The notes under the pieces are model-generated. The model was given only the letters and a program-made list of their open reading frames with translations, was not told where the DNA came from and ran no database searches. From the NCBI GenBank assembly GCA_963779415.1, contig CAVZYA010000002.1, positions 864,001 through 928,000 of the forward strand: a stretch of DNA of 64,000 bases, in the 5' to 3' direction. This document shows positions 51,713 through 61,700 of this stretch, one piece after another. Both the position numbers and the translations under genes were made by a program. Numbering within the stretch: the stretch's first letter is position 1; each line of letters begins with the position of its first letter. The stretch comes from an uncultured Acidobacteriota bacterium. GTDB lineage: Bacteria > Acidobacteriota > Thermoanaerobaculia > UBA5066.

Positions 51713-52354
51713 GTGAGGATTCACCGGCTCCTGCCCGCGTTTCTCGTGGCCGCCGCGGCCCTGCCGATCCTGTCGCAGGGGGTCGCGACGCTGGATTTCG
51801 AGCCGCGTGTGGGGGCGATCGGATCGCGAGTCTCCGTCCACTATCCCGCCCCCCCCGGCGTCACTCTCCGCTTCGGTGACCGGTACGTGACGTACGTCCG
51901 CGAGGACGCGGGACATCTGGTCTTCCTCGTTCCGCCGAACACCTACTCTTCGTTCATCGAGCTCCGTTCGGGCGACAAGGTCATCGCGAAGAGCGCCGTG
52001 CCGTTCGTCGTCTCCGGAGCCTCGATCGTTCCGCAGAAGCTGATCGGCCTGAAGGAAGCGATGGAGGTCTTCGCCTTCCAGGACGATCCGACGCCCGAAG
52101 GGGGCAAGAAGCCCGAGACCCCCGTGAGGCCGATTCTAAAGCTCGGGGACAGCGACATCCTGACCATCGGAGAGTCCTCGCCGCAAGGGGCTCCACCTCC
52201 GGCCGTGAACATGGGCGACTCGGTCTCGGCGGGGACCCGGGGGATGGGGCCGGCCGCCTTCCTGATCACCGCCCGCCCCCCGGTCAAGAAAGTCGTTCTC
52301 CCGACGCCGACGCCCACGCCGACGGCACCGCCGCCGACGTCACCGGAAAAGTAG
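51713..52354 (+). CDS. Hypothetical exported protein (possible IPT/TIG-like domain, Pro/Thr tail)
   Basis: Signal peptide, FEPRVGAIGSRVSV and PTPTPTPT tail. Confidence 0.55.
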   Translation: MRIHRLLPAFLVAAAALPILSQGVATLDFEPRVGAIGSRVSVHYPAPPGVTLRFGDRYVTYVREDAGHLVFLVPPNTYSSFIELRSGDKVIAKSAVPFVVSGASIVPQKLIGLKEAMEVFAFQDDPTPEGGKKPETPVRPILKLGDSDILTIGESSPQGAPPPAVNMGDSVSAGTRGMGPAAFLITARPPVKKVVLPTPTPTPTAPPPTSPEK

Positions 52355-52372
52355 GCGACTTCCTTCTGAACG

Positions 52373-52401
52373 GGAACTTTTTCCGCGCGGCGAGGGTCGA
52401 A
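52373..52401 (+). promoter_or_regulatory. RpoE-type ECF promoter upstream of the ECF sigma gene
   Basis: GGAACTT-N16-GTCGAA, close to the sigmaE consensus GGAACTT-N16-GTCAAA. Confidence 0.7.
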
Positions 52402-52420
52402 CCTTTCGGAGCCTTTCCCT

Positions 52421-53086
52421 TTGACCGCGCGCATCCTCGCCTTCGACGTCGGCCGACCCCACGAAGGGCATGGGAGAATCGTCGCCGTGGTTTCGGCCGG
52501 GCGGCAGACCCCCGAACCGGACGACGCGACCGGAGACGAGCGCGCCGTCGCGCGGTTTCTCACGGGGGACGCGAGCGGCTTCGAGACGATCGTTCGCCGG
52601 TACTCGGGGATGGTCTTCACGCTCGCGGCCCGGCTCGTCGGTCCCCTCGACGCCGAAGACGTCGTCCAGGAGACGTTTCTCCGGGCGTGGCGGGGCCTCT
52701 CCGGGTTCCGGGGCGAGTCGTCCCTGAAGACGTGGCTCTACTCGATCGCCCTCAACCGGGTCCGTGCCCGGCGGGGGACGCTGGCACGGCTCCGAGCGCT
52801 ATTCGGCGCGGGGGAGGCCGGGGGTGACGGGCCGGACTTCTCTCTCGTGGACGGCCTCGCGGACGGAGGTCTCTCACCGGAGGAGAACGCCGTACGGGCC
52901 GAGGAGCGCCGGCGGCTTCGGAAGGCCATTGCTGCCCTTCCGGAGGAGTTCCGGATCGCCGTCGTCCTGCGCGACCTCGAGGGGCTTTCGTACGACGAGG
53001 TCGCGTCCGTACTCGCGGTTCCCGTCGGGACCGTCCGGAGCCGCCTCGCCCGCGGGCGCGCGCTTCTGAAGGAGAGCCTGTCGTGA
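52421..53086 (+). CDS. ECF RNA polymerase sigma factor (RpoE-like)
   Basis: DAEDVVQETF, FRGESSLKTWLY, LRDLEGLSYDEVA and GTVRSRLARGR. Confidence 0.94.
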   Translation: MTARILAFDVGRPHEGHGRIVAVVSAGRQTPEPDDATGDERAVARFLTGDASGFETIVRRYSGMVFTLAARLVGPLDAEDVVQETFLRAWRGLSGFRGESSLKTWLYSIALNRVRARRGTLARLRALFGAGEAGGDGPDFSLVDGLADGGLSPEENAVRAEERRRLRKAIAALPEEFRIAVVLRDLEGLSYDEVASVLAVPVGTVRSRLARGRALLKESLS

Positions 53087-54120
53087 GCGCCCGGCCCGAT
53101 CCCGTCCGCCTCTCCGACGAGGAGCTCGACCTCCTTGTCTCGCGGTCGCTCGATGGAGACCTCTCTCCCGAAGAGATGGGGCAGCTCGAAAGCATCCTCG
53201 CCTCCGACCCGCGCGCGGTGCGGCGGCGCGAGGAGCTTTCCGCCCTCGTCGGGAAGCTGAACGCCCTGCCCGATCCGGCCCCGCCGCTCGGCCTCACCGC
53301 GCGGACGAATGCCTGGACCGCGGAGCGCGCCCGGGGGATCGGCGCCGTTCTGGCATCGCCTCGGCCTCTTCCCGCCCCCCCCGATGTTGCGCGGGATCGG
53401 GGCGCTCTTCGTCATCGTCCTGATCGGGATGACCGTCCTTCGGTCCCAGAGCGTCCGGCAGAAGGCGGCCGAGTCTTCGGAGGCGAAAGACGACGGACGC
53501 GTCGCGATCTTCTTCGGGGAGCGCGGGCCGTCGGCCCCGGCCGCCGGGCCGGCCCCGTCGACGCCGGCATCGCAGGCTCTCGCCGCCCGCCTCGGCGTGC
53601 GAACGAGCCCCTCCGGAAATCGAAGGGCTTCGCGCCGGAGCTGTCGCCGCCCTCCGGTGCCGGGGAGCCGGCCTCCGGGATCGCTTCCGCCGCGCCGCCC
53701 TCCGTCCGCCGGGACGCGCCGATGTTCGCCGATTCGGCCGGAGCCGCCGGAACCGAAGCCTCCGGAGGAGCTCCGGCGCCGGTGCGGGCGGAGGGCTCTC
53801 ATAAGAGCGCCGGGAACGCGATGGCCCTTGCCGGAGGAGTGACGCGCCCTTCGGCGCGAGCGCCCCTCGCGTGGGACGTCACGGTGGCCGAGGCGTTCGC
53901 ACGGGGTTGGGCTCTTCGGCGCGTCGTGGCGCCTCCGCCGTCGGCGGAGACGCCGGCGGTCTCGTATCGCGTCAAGCTCGACGCCGAGGGAAAGGTCGTC
54001 TCCTCACGCGCCGTCGGTGCGACGACGGCCGAGATGGACGCGGCGGTCCGGTCGCTCGTCTTCCGGAAGCTCTCCGCCGAGGCTCCGGAGGAGATCGAGA
54101 TCGCGCTCGCCGCCCGCTGA
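53083..54120 (+). CDS. Anti-sigma factor-like membrane protein (two compensating frameshifts ~53340-53610)
   Basis: GTGA overlap with sigma gene; LVSRSLDGDLSPEE anti-sigma N-domain; TM segment in the alternative frame. Confidence 0.7.
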   Translation: MSARPDPVRLSDEELDLLVSRSLDGDLSPEEMGQLESILASDPRAVRRREELSALVGKLNALPDPAPPLGLTARTNAWTAERARGIGAVLASPRPLPAPPDVARDRGALRHRPDRDDRPSVPERPAEGGRVFGGERRRTRRDLLRGARAVGPGRRAGPVDAGIAGSRRPPRRANEPLRKSKGFAPELSPPSGAGEPASGIASAAPPSVRRDAPMFADSAGAAGTEASGGAPAPVRAEGSHKSAGNAMALAGGVTRPSARAPLAWDVTVAEAFARGWALRRVVAPPPSAETPAVSYRVKLDAEGKVVSSRAVGATTAEMDAAVRSLVFRKLSAEAPEEIEIALAAR

Positions 54121-54123
54121 CCC

Positions 54124-56248
54124 CTACCGGCTCCGGAGCGCGTCCAGGTAAGCGGCCGCTTCGCGCTCCCGTCCCGCAGCCCGGGCCGTCGCGAGGAACT
54201 CCTCGGCGGCGAGCTTCGATCCGGGGTGCTGGGCGAGGATCGCCCCGAGCGTCTCGAGGGCTCCGTCGAGGTCGCCTTCGAGCCGCTGGCGCCGGGCCAC
54301 GAGGAGCCGGAAGGGGGGCGCGTCGCTTCCCGCGAGCGGGCGGGCCCGGTCGAGCGCCTCCTTCAGAGCCGGAAGATCGCCGGCATCGGCGGCGAAAGTT
54401 CCGAGGAGGAGCCACGCGTCGGCGCGCCCCGGCTCGAGTGCGACTCCTCGATGCGCGAGCGCGAGCGCCTCGGCCCTCTGCCCTTCGGCCCCCCGCGCCT
54501 CGGCGAGGAGGAGAAGGAGATCGGCCTCCTCCGGCGCGGACGCGACGGCCGCCTCCAGCTCGCGGGCCGCCCCGGCGGCATCTCCCTCCGCGAGAAGGAG
54601 CTTTCCGAGCCGGTATCGCGTCGGGAAGTAGAGAGGCGAGATCGCGAGAGCCCTGCGGTAAGCCTCGACCGCCGCGGCGGGGTGGCCGAGGGTCTCTTCC
54701 GCCTGCCCGAGCGAGTCGTGCGCGGATCGCGAGTCGGGGTCGAGGGCGATCGACTTCAGAGAGAAGCTCACGCGCCTCCACCGTCCGTCCCTCCTTCATC
54801 CGGAACCGCGCGAGAAGCTCCCACGGAAGGCCCGAGCGCGGGTCCGCGAGGGCGGCTTTCATGAAGGCCCCTTCCGCCTCGGCCGTTCGGCCCAGCTCGG
54901 CGAGGGAGTTTCCTTCCAGAGAAAGCTCCTCCGCGAAGTCGTGCGACGGCCGATGCGTCCGGAGATGCGAGGCGCCGAGGACGAGAGCCGCTGCGAGCGC
55001 GGCAAGCGCAGCGGCGCGAAGCCCCCGCGTTTCGACCGTCTCGATGAGATGAGCCGCACCGAGTCCGGCCAGGAGCGCGGCCGCGGGGATAGCCGGTATC
55101 CGGTACCGGAGACCCATGAGCGCGACGAGGACCGGGAGCGCTCCGGCCGCGAGAAACGCGAGCGGGAACGCGACCGGGATCCGGTCGCGGAAGGCGTGGA
55201 AGAGGCCGACGGCCCCGAGGGCCGCCATGAGGCCGAAACCGGGGAGGAGACGGAGGAGCGTGGAGCGCTCCCGGAAAAAGGCGAAGCTGTGGTTGTCGCG
55301 CGGCTCCTCGGCCTGCGTCAGCCAGACCGCCTTCGAGAGGACGACCCGCGCGAGCCCCGCCGGATCGGCCGCCGCACGCGCGATCGTCTTCGTCAGGAAC
55401 CAACCCTCCTCTTCTCGCGGCGTCTTCCCGTCCCGGTACGGCGCGGAGACGACACGATCCCATGCGCCGTTCGGCCTCGCGCTCTGGACGCCGCCGCTCG
55501 CGGGGTCGTTCCCGAGAAAGAGGTTGATCGCCCCGTAGGAGCGGACGAAGAGGAAGCGGCCGGACGCGCGTGAAGCGGCGACGACGACCGGGGTGAGAGT
55601 CGCCGCCGCGGCGAGAAGCAGGACACCGGCGGCGGCGAGCCGGCGCGACCGCGAGCGGTCGAACGCGATTGCCCCCGCCGAGGCGAGGGCAAAAAGGAGC
55701 ATCGTGGGGCGCGAGCCCGAAGCGAGGCCGAGAAAGACGCCCGCAAGGGCAGCCGCTCCGAGGGACGGGCTTCGCGCGAGGACGGCGAGCGCGGCGGTCG
55801 CGAGAAAGAGGAGCAGCACCTCTTCCCAGAGGGCGACGTCTACGAAGGCGACCGGCCCCGAGAGCGCGAGGAGAAGGCCCGCGGCAATGCCGGCCCGCCG
55901 CCCGAAGAGGCGGGTCCCGGCGAGGGCGAGGAGGACCGCGGTTCCTCCCGCGAGCGCCGCCTGCGCGAGACGAGCAGCGGCGAGCGATCCGCCCGTGGCT
56001 TTCAGGAGCCCCGCGAGGAGGTACGGATAGACGGGGCCATGGTTCGGTGGCGTCGGCCACCGGAAGTCCCCCGCCGCGAGGCTCCGCGCCCAGACGAGGT
56101 TCTCCCGCGCGTCGAGCTGTGGCATCGCCCACAACCCGAGGGGGGAAAGCTCGTGGGAGACGGCCGCGCGGACGAGAAAGGCGGCCAGGAAGATCGCGAC
56201 GAGGGGGACGAGGCCGGGGCGTGAGGGGTCCTTCGGGGCGGGCGACAT
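54124..56248 (-). CDS. GT-C (ArnT/PMT-like) glycosyltransferase with C-terminal TPR repeats (frameshift ~54770)
   Basis: GPVYPYLLA, SRPT, GAINLFLGN and RYRIP; TPR-like helical repeats in ORF 54124-54771. Confidence 0.75.
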
Positions 56249-56301
56249 CCGGCGGAAAGGGTAGCCCACAGGGGGCACAATACGGGTCCCCACGGGGACC
56301 G

Positions 56302-56736
56302 ATGAAGAGATCGCTGAAACAGCGCGAATCGGAGAGGGTCCGGCGGGCGGTCGCCTTCGTGAAGAGGCGCCTCCACCTCGACCTCGAGTTCGTCGTCTCG
56401 CCGGCGCCCGAGGGGACGCACGCCGGCATCCTCGACATCGAGCGTTCCTACCGCGGGACCGAGGACCGGAAGGTCTGGCTCATCACCTTCGACGCCTCGG
56501 TCGTCGCGAACGAGACGACGGCGGCGCTCCGGCGGCACGCTTTTCACGAGACGCTTCATGCCCTCACCTGGCCCCTCTTCGACGAGGTCGAAGCGGCCAT
56601 CCGGCGGGTCCCGGAACCGGGCATCCGCAAGGAGCTGACCGACCGCGCCCTCGACGCCCGCGAGAACGTCGTCTACGAGCTGGAGCGGAAGCTCGGCCCG
56701 CTGGCCTTCCCGCACCTCCCCTGGACGGACCCGTGA
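56302..56736 (+). CDS. Small HEXXH zincin-like protein
   Basis: HETLH plus downstream ENVV Glu; 144 aa. Confidence 0.65.
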   Translation: MKRSLKQRESERVRRAVAFVKRRLHLDLEFVVSPAPEGTHAGILDIERSYRGTEDRKVWLITFDASVVANETTAALRRHAFHETLHALTWPLFDEVEAAIRRVPEPGIRKELTDRALDARENVVYELERKLGPLAFPHLPWTDP

Positions 56737-56768
56737 TCCTTCGCCATAATCCGCGTCCCTTCGGTCGA

Positions 56769-56844
<76 letters not shown>

Positions 56845-56865
56845 CTCTTCCCCTGCGGCACCGGG

Positions 56866-57130
56866 TCAGAGCCGGCGGTAGATGTCGCGGCGGGGGCCGA
56901 TAACCGCCACGGTGACGAAGCGTGCGGCATCGTCGATCCGAAACACGATTCGAAGGTGCCCGACGCGCGCCCTGTAGAGGTCTCGAAACCCCCGTCAGCT
57001 TCTTGACCCCCGAATGGCGGGGCTCCTCGGCGAGCCGGTCGAGCGCGGCCGAAATTCGCGAGCGCTCGGGATCGTGGAGGGAGTTCAGTTCGCGGCGGGC
57101 GGCGGGCAGGAGTGCCAGCCCGTAGCTCAC
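56866..57130 (-). CDS. RelE/StbE family toxin (frameshift ~56985)
   Basis: ARRELNSL...LAEEPRHSGVKKLTG, then in the shifted frame LYRARVGHLRIVFRIDD...IGPRRDIYR*. Confidence 0.85.
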
Positions 57131-57375
57131 GGGAGGCGAAGGTCCCGCTTTACCTTCTCTTACGGGATAGGTTTCTCGCGGGGATCGGAGAGGCGCCGCT
57201 GAGCCTCTGCGCCGTCGAGGTAGTCCTCCAGGTCGCGAAGGGCGCGAGCGCCGGCCAGGGGCACGAGCGCGGCGACGGTCTTTCGCCCCTTCTTCACAAG
57301 CACACGCTCTCCGCGCGCGACTCGGGCGACGAGGGCCGGGGGAATCTCAGGGGGTTTCGGAGCGGCACGCGCCAT
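57127..57375 (-). CDS. Phd/YefM-like antitoxin (in-frame TAA at 57160-57162 near the C-terminus)
   Basis: VARVARGERVLVKKGRKTVAALVPL...LEDYLD...PIP*EKVKRDL; GTGA overlap with the toxin. Confidence 0.75.
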
Positions 57376-57546
57376 CCACACGATTCTACGCGTTCATTCG
57401 TTCATTCATGCGTTCGAAGGCGGCGGTCGTCAAGCAGCTATCAGACGGCACTACCGAGAACTGACAGCCTGCCGGGATACCTTCGGTCCGCCGGCGCCGC
57501 AGACATGGAGTCTGACCCCAGATCTACTCGGGTTTCGACCCCGGAT

Positions 57547-57876
57547 CTACGACGGGTGGTCGCGCTTCCTCGAGAAGATGATCTCGTCGAGACCGACGAC
57601 GGCATAGGCCGAGATCAAGAGGAGGAAGACTCCCTCCGGCGTGGCGTTGACGACGACCGCTTCCGGTCCCGGGACGTAGGAAGCGACGGTGTCCACCGTC
57701 GTCTGGAGGAGTCCCTCGGCCGCCGTCTCGTCTTCCGCGAGAATCTCCTCGAGCTCGCCCTCCGTGCTGTAGGAAACGGTGTTCCGGTCGTGCCTCAGGA
57801 CGAGGTAACCGCGGCCATGCCGGCGGTATCCCTCGAGCGCCCGGCGCAGAAGCTCGAGTCGAAGCGGGTGCGGCAC
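57547..57876 (-). CDS. Hypothetical protein
   Basis: Coding-like 109-aa ORF with GYRRHGRG and YVPGPEAVVV; TAATCT just upstream. Confidence 0.6.
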   Translation of the reverse strand: MPHPLRLELLRRALEGYRRHGRGYLVLRHDRNTVSYSTEGELEEILAEDETAAEGLLQTTVDTVASYVPGPEAVVVNATPEGVFLLLISAYAVVGLDEIIFSRKRDHPS

Positions 57877-57942
57877 CTCTGGAGATTACCGCCAGGCCGG
57901 GAACGGCCCGGAGCAGCCTGGCGCCGCCTCTGCGTGAACCGG

Positions 57943-58515
57943 TTACTTCATGGCCGGCTTCGGGGCCTCGGCGCGCGGCTCGCTGGAGGGGGGGACGAGC
58001 CCCTTGATCCGCATGTAGGTGACCATGTTGCCGTAGTGCTCCCAGTCGTGGCCGATCAGGAGGCCGACGACGGCGAAGCGGTTCGTCTCCGCTCCGAAGA
58101 GCTTCGTCCGGGTCGCGAGGTCGGAGTCGGTCGTCGCGAACGCCTTGTCGGCCGCGGCGAAGGACTCCTTGAGCGCGGCGACGAGGTCGGCCTTCGAGGT
58201 CTTCGTCTTCTCGATGTCGTGCGGAGCCGGCTTCTCGCCCGCGGCCATCGCGGCGAACATGAAGTTCGCGTCGGCGACGTGGCCGACGAGCTGCCCGAAG
58301 CTCCGGACGTCCGGGGAGGGCTTGAAGGCGTAGTTTTCCTCCGGCATCTTCTCGGCGGCCCGGATGACGAGATCCTTTGCGCGGGTCCAGGGCCCCTTGA
58401 GGCCCGTGACGGCGGGGTTCGGGGAGGGCGCGGTCGGGGCCGCCGCGACGCCGGGACCCTGGGCAGCGGCGGGAAGGGAGAGGGCGGCGGAGAGGATCAG
58501 AACGCGAGCTTTCAT
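57943..58515 (-). CDS. DinB family protein, exported
   Basis: Signal peptide; AAEKMPEENYAFKP, SFGQLVGHVA and HDWEHYGN. Confidence 0.88.
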   Translation of the reverse strand: MKARVLILSAALSLPAAAQGPGVAAAPTAPSPNPAVTGLKGPWTRAKDLVIRAAEKMPEENYAFKPSPDVRSFGQLVGHVADANFMFAAMAAGEKPAPHDIEKTKTSKADLVAALKESFAAADKAFATTDSDLATRTKLFGAETNRFAVVGLLIGHDWEHYGNMVTYMRIKGLVPPSSEPRAEAPKPAMK

Positions 58516-58658
58516 GGGAACCTCCACCCCGGGACGATATCGCGAAGGCGTCTCAACCGTGCTCCTTCGTTCCGGGGCAGGCCGTCCGGTCGGCACCCCG
58601 GCGCTTTGGCGGCCCCGGTGGGGCGAGGGGACCGGCGTTTTTGTCCGAAACCCCGTAG

Positions 58659-58680
58659 AATCCAACAATCCTGTAGGATT
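58659..58680. promoter_or_regulatory. Palindromic operator overlapping the -10 of the NifA-like gene
   Basis: AATCCAACA-ATCC-TGTAGGATT; contains TAGGAT 7 nt before ATG 58687. Confidence 0.6.
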
Positions 58681-58686
58681 CGCCCG

Positions 58687-60243
58687 ATGCCGCGCCCGCG
58701 TCCCGCACCGGCAAACGAAGCCCGCGAGCTGTCCGCGCTTCTCGAGCTGTCCCAGCTCCTCGGGTCGGCGCGGGGCCTGGGGTCGGTCCTCGACGGAGCG
58801 GCCGAAGTGCTCCGGGAGACGTACGACGCCGCTGGAGTGGCCGTGGCGCTCGTCCACGAGCCGGACGGCGATCTTCGGCTCGCCGCGGCCGCGGGCCTTC
58901 CGGCGGCCCGGCGCTCCTCGATGCGGCTGAAGCCGGGCGAGGCGATCACGGGGCGCGTCGTCTCGAGCGGAAAGCCCGTCGTCGTGCCGCAGGTCTCGCG
59001 CGAGCCGCTCCTCCGGACACCGCACGAGATCCTCGCCGCCTCCGACGCCTCGAAGAGGGAGCTGAGCCTCGTCTCGGTGCCGCTCGTCGTCGACCGGAAG
59101 GTGGTCGGCGCCCTCGCCCTCATCCTCCCGCACGAGCCGTCGCGCGACTTTCCGCGGAAAACCTCCTTCCTGAAGGTCGTCGCGTCGCTCTTCGGGCAGG
59201 CGATGCACGTCGACCGGCTCATCGAGGCGGAGCGGCAGCGCCTCCTCGACGAGAACCGGAAGCTGAAGCGGGAGCTGAAGGGGCGGTACGAGCTGAAGAA
59301 CATCGTGGGGCACAGCCGCGCGATGGAAGAGCTCTACGAGCAGGTGGCCCAGGCGGCGCCGAGCGACACGACCGTCCTGATCCGGGGCGAATCGGGGACC
59401 GGAAAGGAGCTGATCGCCCACGCCGTCCACTACAACTCCCCCCGGGCCGCCAAGCCGTTCGTGAAGGTGAGCTGCGCGGCGCTCCCCGAGAGCCTCATCG
59501 AGTCGGAGCTCTTCGGCTACGAGCCGGGCGCTTTCACGGACGCCCGCGCGCAGAAGAAGGGGCGCTTCGAGCTGGCCGACGGCGGGACGCTCTTTCTGGA
59601 CGAGGTGGGGGACCTCTCTCCCGCGACGCAGGTGAAGCTCCTCCGCGTCCTCCAGGAGCGCGAGTTCGAGCGCCTCGGCGGCGTCGCGCCGATCGCCGTC
59701 GACGTGCGGCTCGTCACCGCCACGAACCGCGACCTCGACGCCGCCATGGCGAAGGGGACCTTCCGCGACGACCTCTATTACCGCCTCAACGTCTTCACGA
59801 TCTTCGTGCCGCCTCTCCGGGACCGCCGGCCGGACATTCCGCTCCTCGCGGACCATTTCGTCGAGAAGTACGCGCGCCGGCACCGCCGGGACGTGCGGCG
59901 GATCTCGACACCTGCGATCGACATGCTGATGAGCTACCACTGGCCGGGGAACGTCCGGGAGCTGGAGAACGCGATCGAGCGGGCCGTCCTCGTCTGCGAA
60001 GGGGGCGTCCTTCATGCCCACCACCTCCCTCCGACGCTCCAGACGGCGGAAGTCTCGGGGACCCTTCCGCGGCAGTCGCTCGGCGAGGCGATGGACGCGT
60101 TCGAGAAGGACCTCCTCCTCGACGCGCTGAAGATCGCCCGCGGCAACCGGGCCAAGGCGGCGCGCCTTCTCCGGACGACGGAGAGGATCTTCGGCTACCG
60201 CCTGAAGCGCCACGGGATCGAGGCGGCCCGCTTCCGTCCCTGA
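58687..60243 (+). CDS. NifA-like GAF-AAA+-HTH sigma54 enhancer-binding protein
   Basis: N-terminal GAF (GEAITGRV), [31 protein letters not shown] and GNRAKAARLL.TTERI. Confidence 0.92.
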   Translation: MPRPRPAPANEARELSALLELSQLLGSARGLGSVLDGAAEVLRETYDAAGVAVALVHEPDGDLRLAAAAGLPAARRSSMRLKPGEAITGRVVSSGKPVVVPQVSREPLLRTPHEILAASDASKRELSLVSVPLVVDRKVVGALALILPHEPSRDFPRKTSFLKVVASLFGQAMHVDRLIEAERQRLLDENRKLKRELKGRYELKNIVGHSRAMEELYEQVAQAAPSDTTVLIRGESGTGKELIAHAVHYNSPRAAKPFVKVSCAALPESLIESELFGYEPGAFTDARAQKKGRFELADGGTLFLDEVGDLSPATQVKLLRVLQEREFERLGGVAPIAVDVRLVTATNRDLDAAMAKGTFRDDLYYRLNVFTIFVPPLRDRRPDIPLLADHFVEKYARRHRRDVRRISTPAIDMLMSYHWPGNVRELENAIERAVLVCEGGVLHAHHLPPTLQTAEVSGTLPRQSLGEAMDAFEKDLLLDALKIARGNRAKAARLLRTTERIFGYRLKRHGIEAARFRP

Positions 60244-60384
60244 CCGACAATTTCGTAGACTTTGTACATTGGTTGTGACAGAAATGTCGGATCGCCTTTC
60301 GAGGTCCGTCTTCTGTAAACAGTCAGACAGCAATACGTTGCAACTCCCGGCGTGTCTCACATCCACGAGCACGTCGCCTTGCTA
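60244..60384 (+). promoter_or_regulatory. Low-GC enhancer/promoter region of amtB-glnK
   Basis: CCGACA-N4-CGTAGA (60244), GTGACA-N4-TGTCGG (60275), TGT-N10-ACA (60314-60329), degenerate sigma54-like GCACG-N5-TTGCT (~60369-60383). Confidence 0.6.
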
Positions 60385-60395
60385 TGGCGCGCGGC

Positions 60396-61700
60396 ATGAA
60401 CGGAGCCGACATCGCCTGGGTCCTCGTCGCCACCGCCCTCGTCCTTCTGATGACCCCCGCCCTCGCCTTCTTCTACGGCGGGCTCGTCCGCTCGAAGAAC
60501 GCGCTGAACACGATGATGATGAGCGTCTCGGCGCTGGGCTTCGTCGGCGTGGCGTGGGCCGTCCTCGGCTACTCGCTCGCGTTCGCGCCCGGGTCGGCGG
60601 GGATCGGAGACCTCTCGCACGCCTTCCTGCGCGGGGTCGGCCTCGGCGCGGCGCCCTCGGCGACGACCATCCCCCACCTTCTCTTCATGGCGTTTCAGGG
60701 GACCTTCGCGATCATCACGGCGGCGCTGATCTCGGGCGCCATCGTCGAGCGGAAGCGGTTTTCGGCCTACCTCCTCTTCATCACGCTCTGGTCCCTCTTG
60801 GTCTACGCCCCCGTCGCGCACTGGGTCTGGGGGGGCGGCTTCCTCGCGAAGCTCGGCGCCCTCGACTTCGCCGGCGGGACCGTCGTCCACATCAACGCCG
60901 GAGCGGCCGCCCTCGTCGCGGCGATCCTCCTCGGACCCCGGAAGGACTTCGCGAGGCAGGCGACGCTGCCGCACCACGTCCCGTTCGTCCTCCTCGGCGC
61001 CGGGCTCCTCTGGTTCGGCTGGTTCGGCTTCAACGGGGGGAGCGCTCTCGCCGCGAACGCCTCGGCCGTCCTCGCCTTCGTCAACACGCTCCTCGCCCCG
61101 ATGGCGACCCTCGTCGTCTGGACGCTGCTCGACCTGAAACGGAACGGCCGCGTGACGGCCGTCGGGGCCGCGACGGGCATCGTCGTCGGGCTCGTCGCCG
61201 TGACGCCGGCGGCGGGCTTCGTGTCGCCTCTCTCGGCCGCTCGCCCTCGGCGCCGTCGCCGCCTTCCCGAGCTACTTCGCGATCCTCTACCGGGCCCGGA
61301 CGCGCCTCGACGACTCGCTCGACGTCGTCGCCGCGCACGGTCTCGGCGGCACGGTCGGCGCTCTCCTGACGGGCGTCCTCGCCGAGAAGGCGTGGAACGG
61401 GACGGCGGACGGGCTCCTCTTCGGCAACGTCCGCCAGTTCTTCGTCCAGCTCCTCGCCGTCGCCGTCACGATCGCTTTCAGCGGCGGCGGCGACGTTTCT
61501 CCTCCTCAAGCTCGTGAACCTCGTGATCCCGCTCAAGGTCGGTCTGCGCGACGAGGGGATGGGGCTCGACGTCTCGCAGCACGGCGAGGAGGCGTATGGC
61601 TCCGGCGAGGGCGCCATCCTGATCCTGCCGGGCGCGAGGCGGTCGACGGCCGAGCCGCTCCTCGCCGGCGACGCCGGTCCCCGAAGGAGGCCGCGCGTGA
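60396..61700 (+). CDS. amtB: Ammonium transporter (frameshifts ~61240, ~61490, ~61670)
   Basis: LMTPALAFFYGG, FQGTFA, DFAGGTVVH, WFGWFGFNGGS, DDSLDV..AHG and GLDVSQHGEEAY. Confidence 0.93.

Noticed and set aside
57408-57464. Tiny + strand ORF MRSKAAVVKQLSDGTTEN divergent from the antitoxin
   Set aside because: Only 18 codons, no RBS and no recognisable similarity; cannot be supported.
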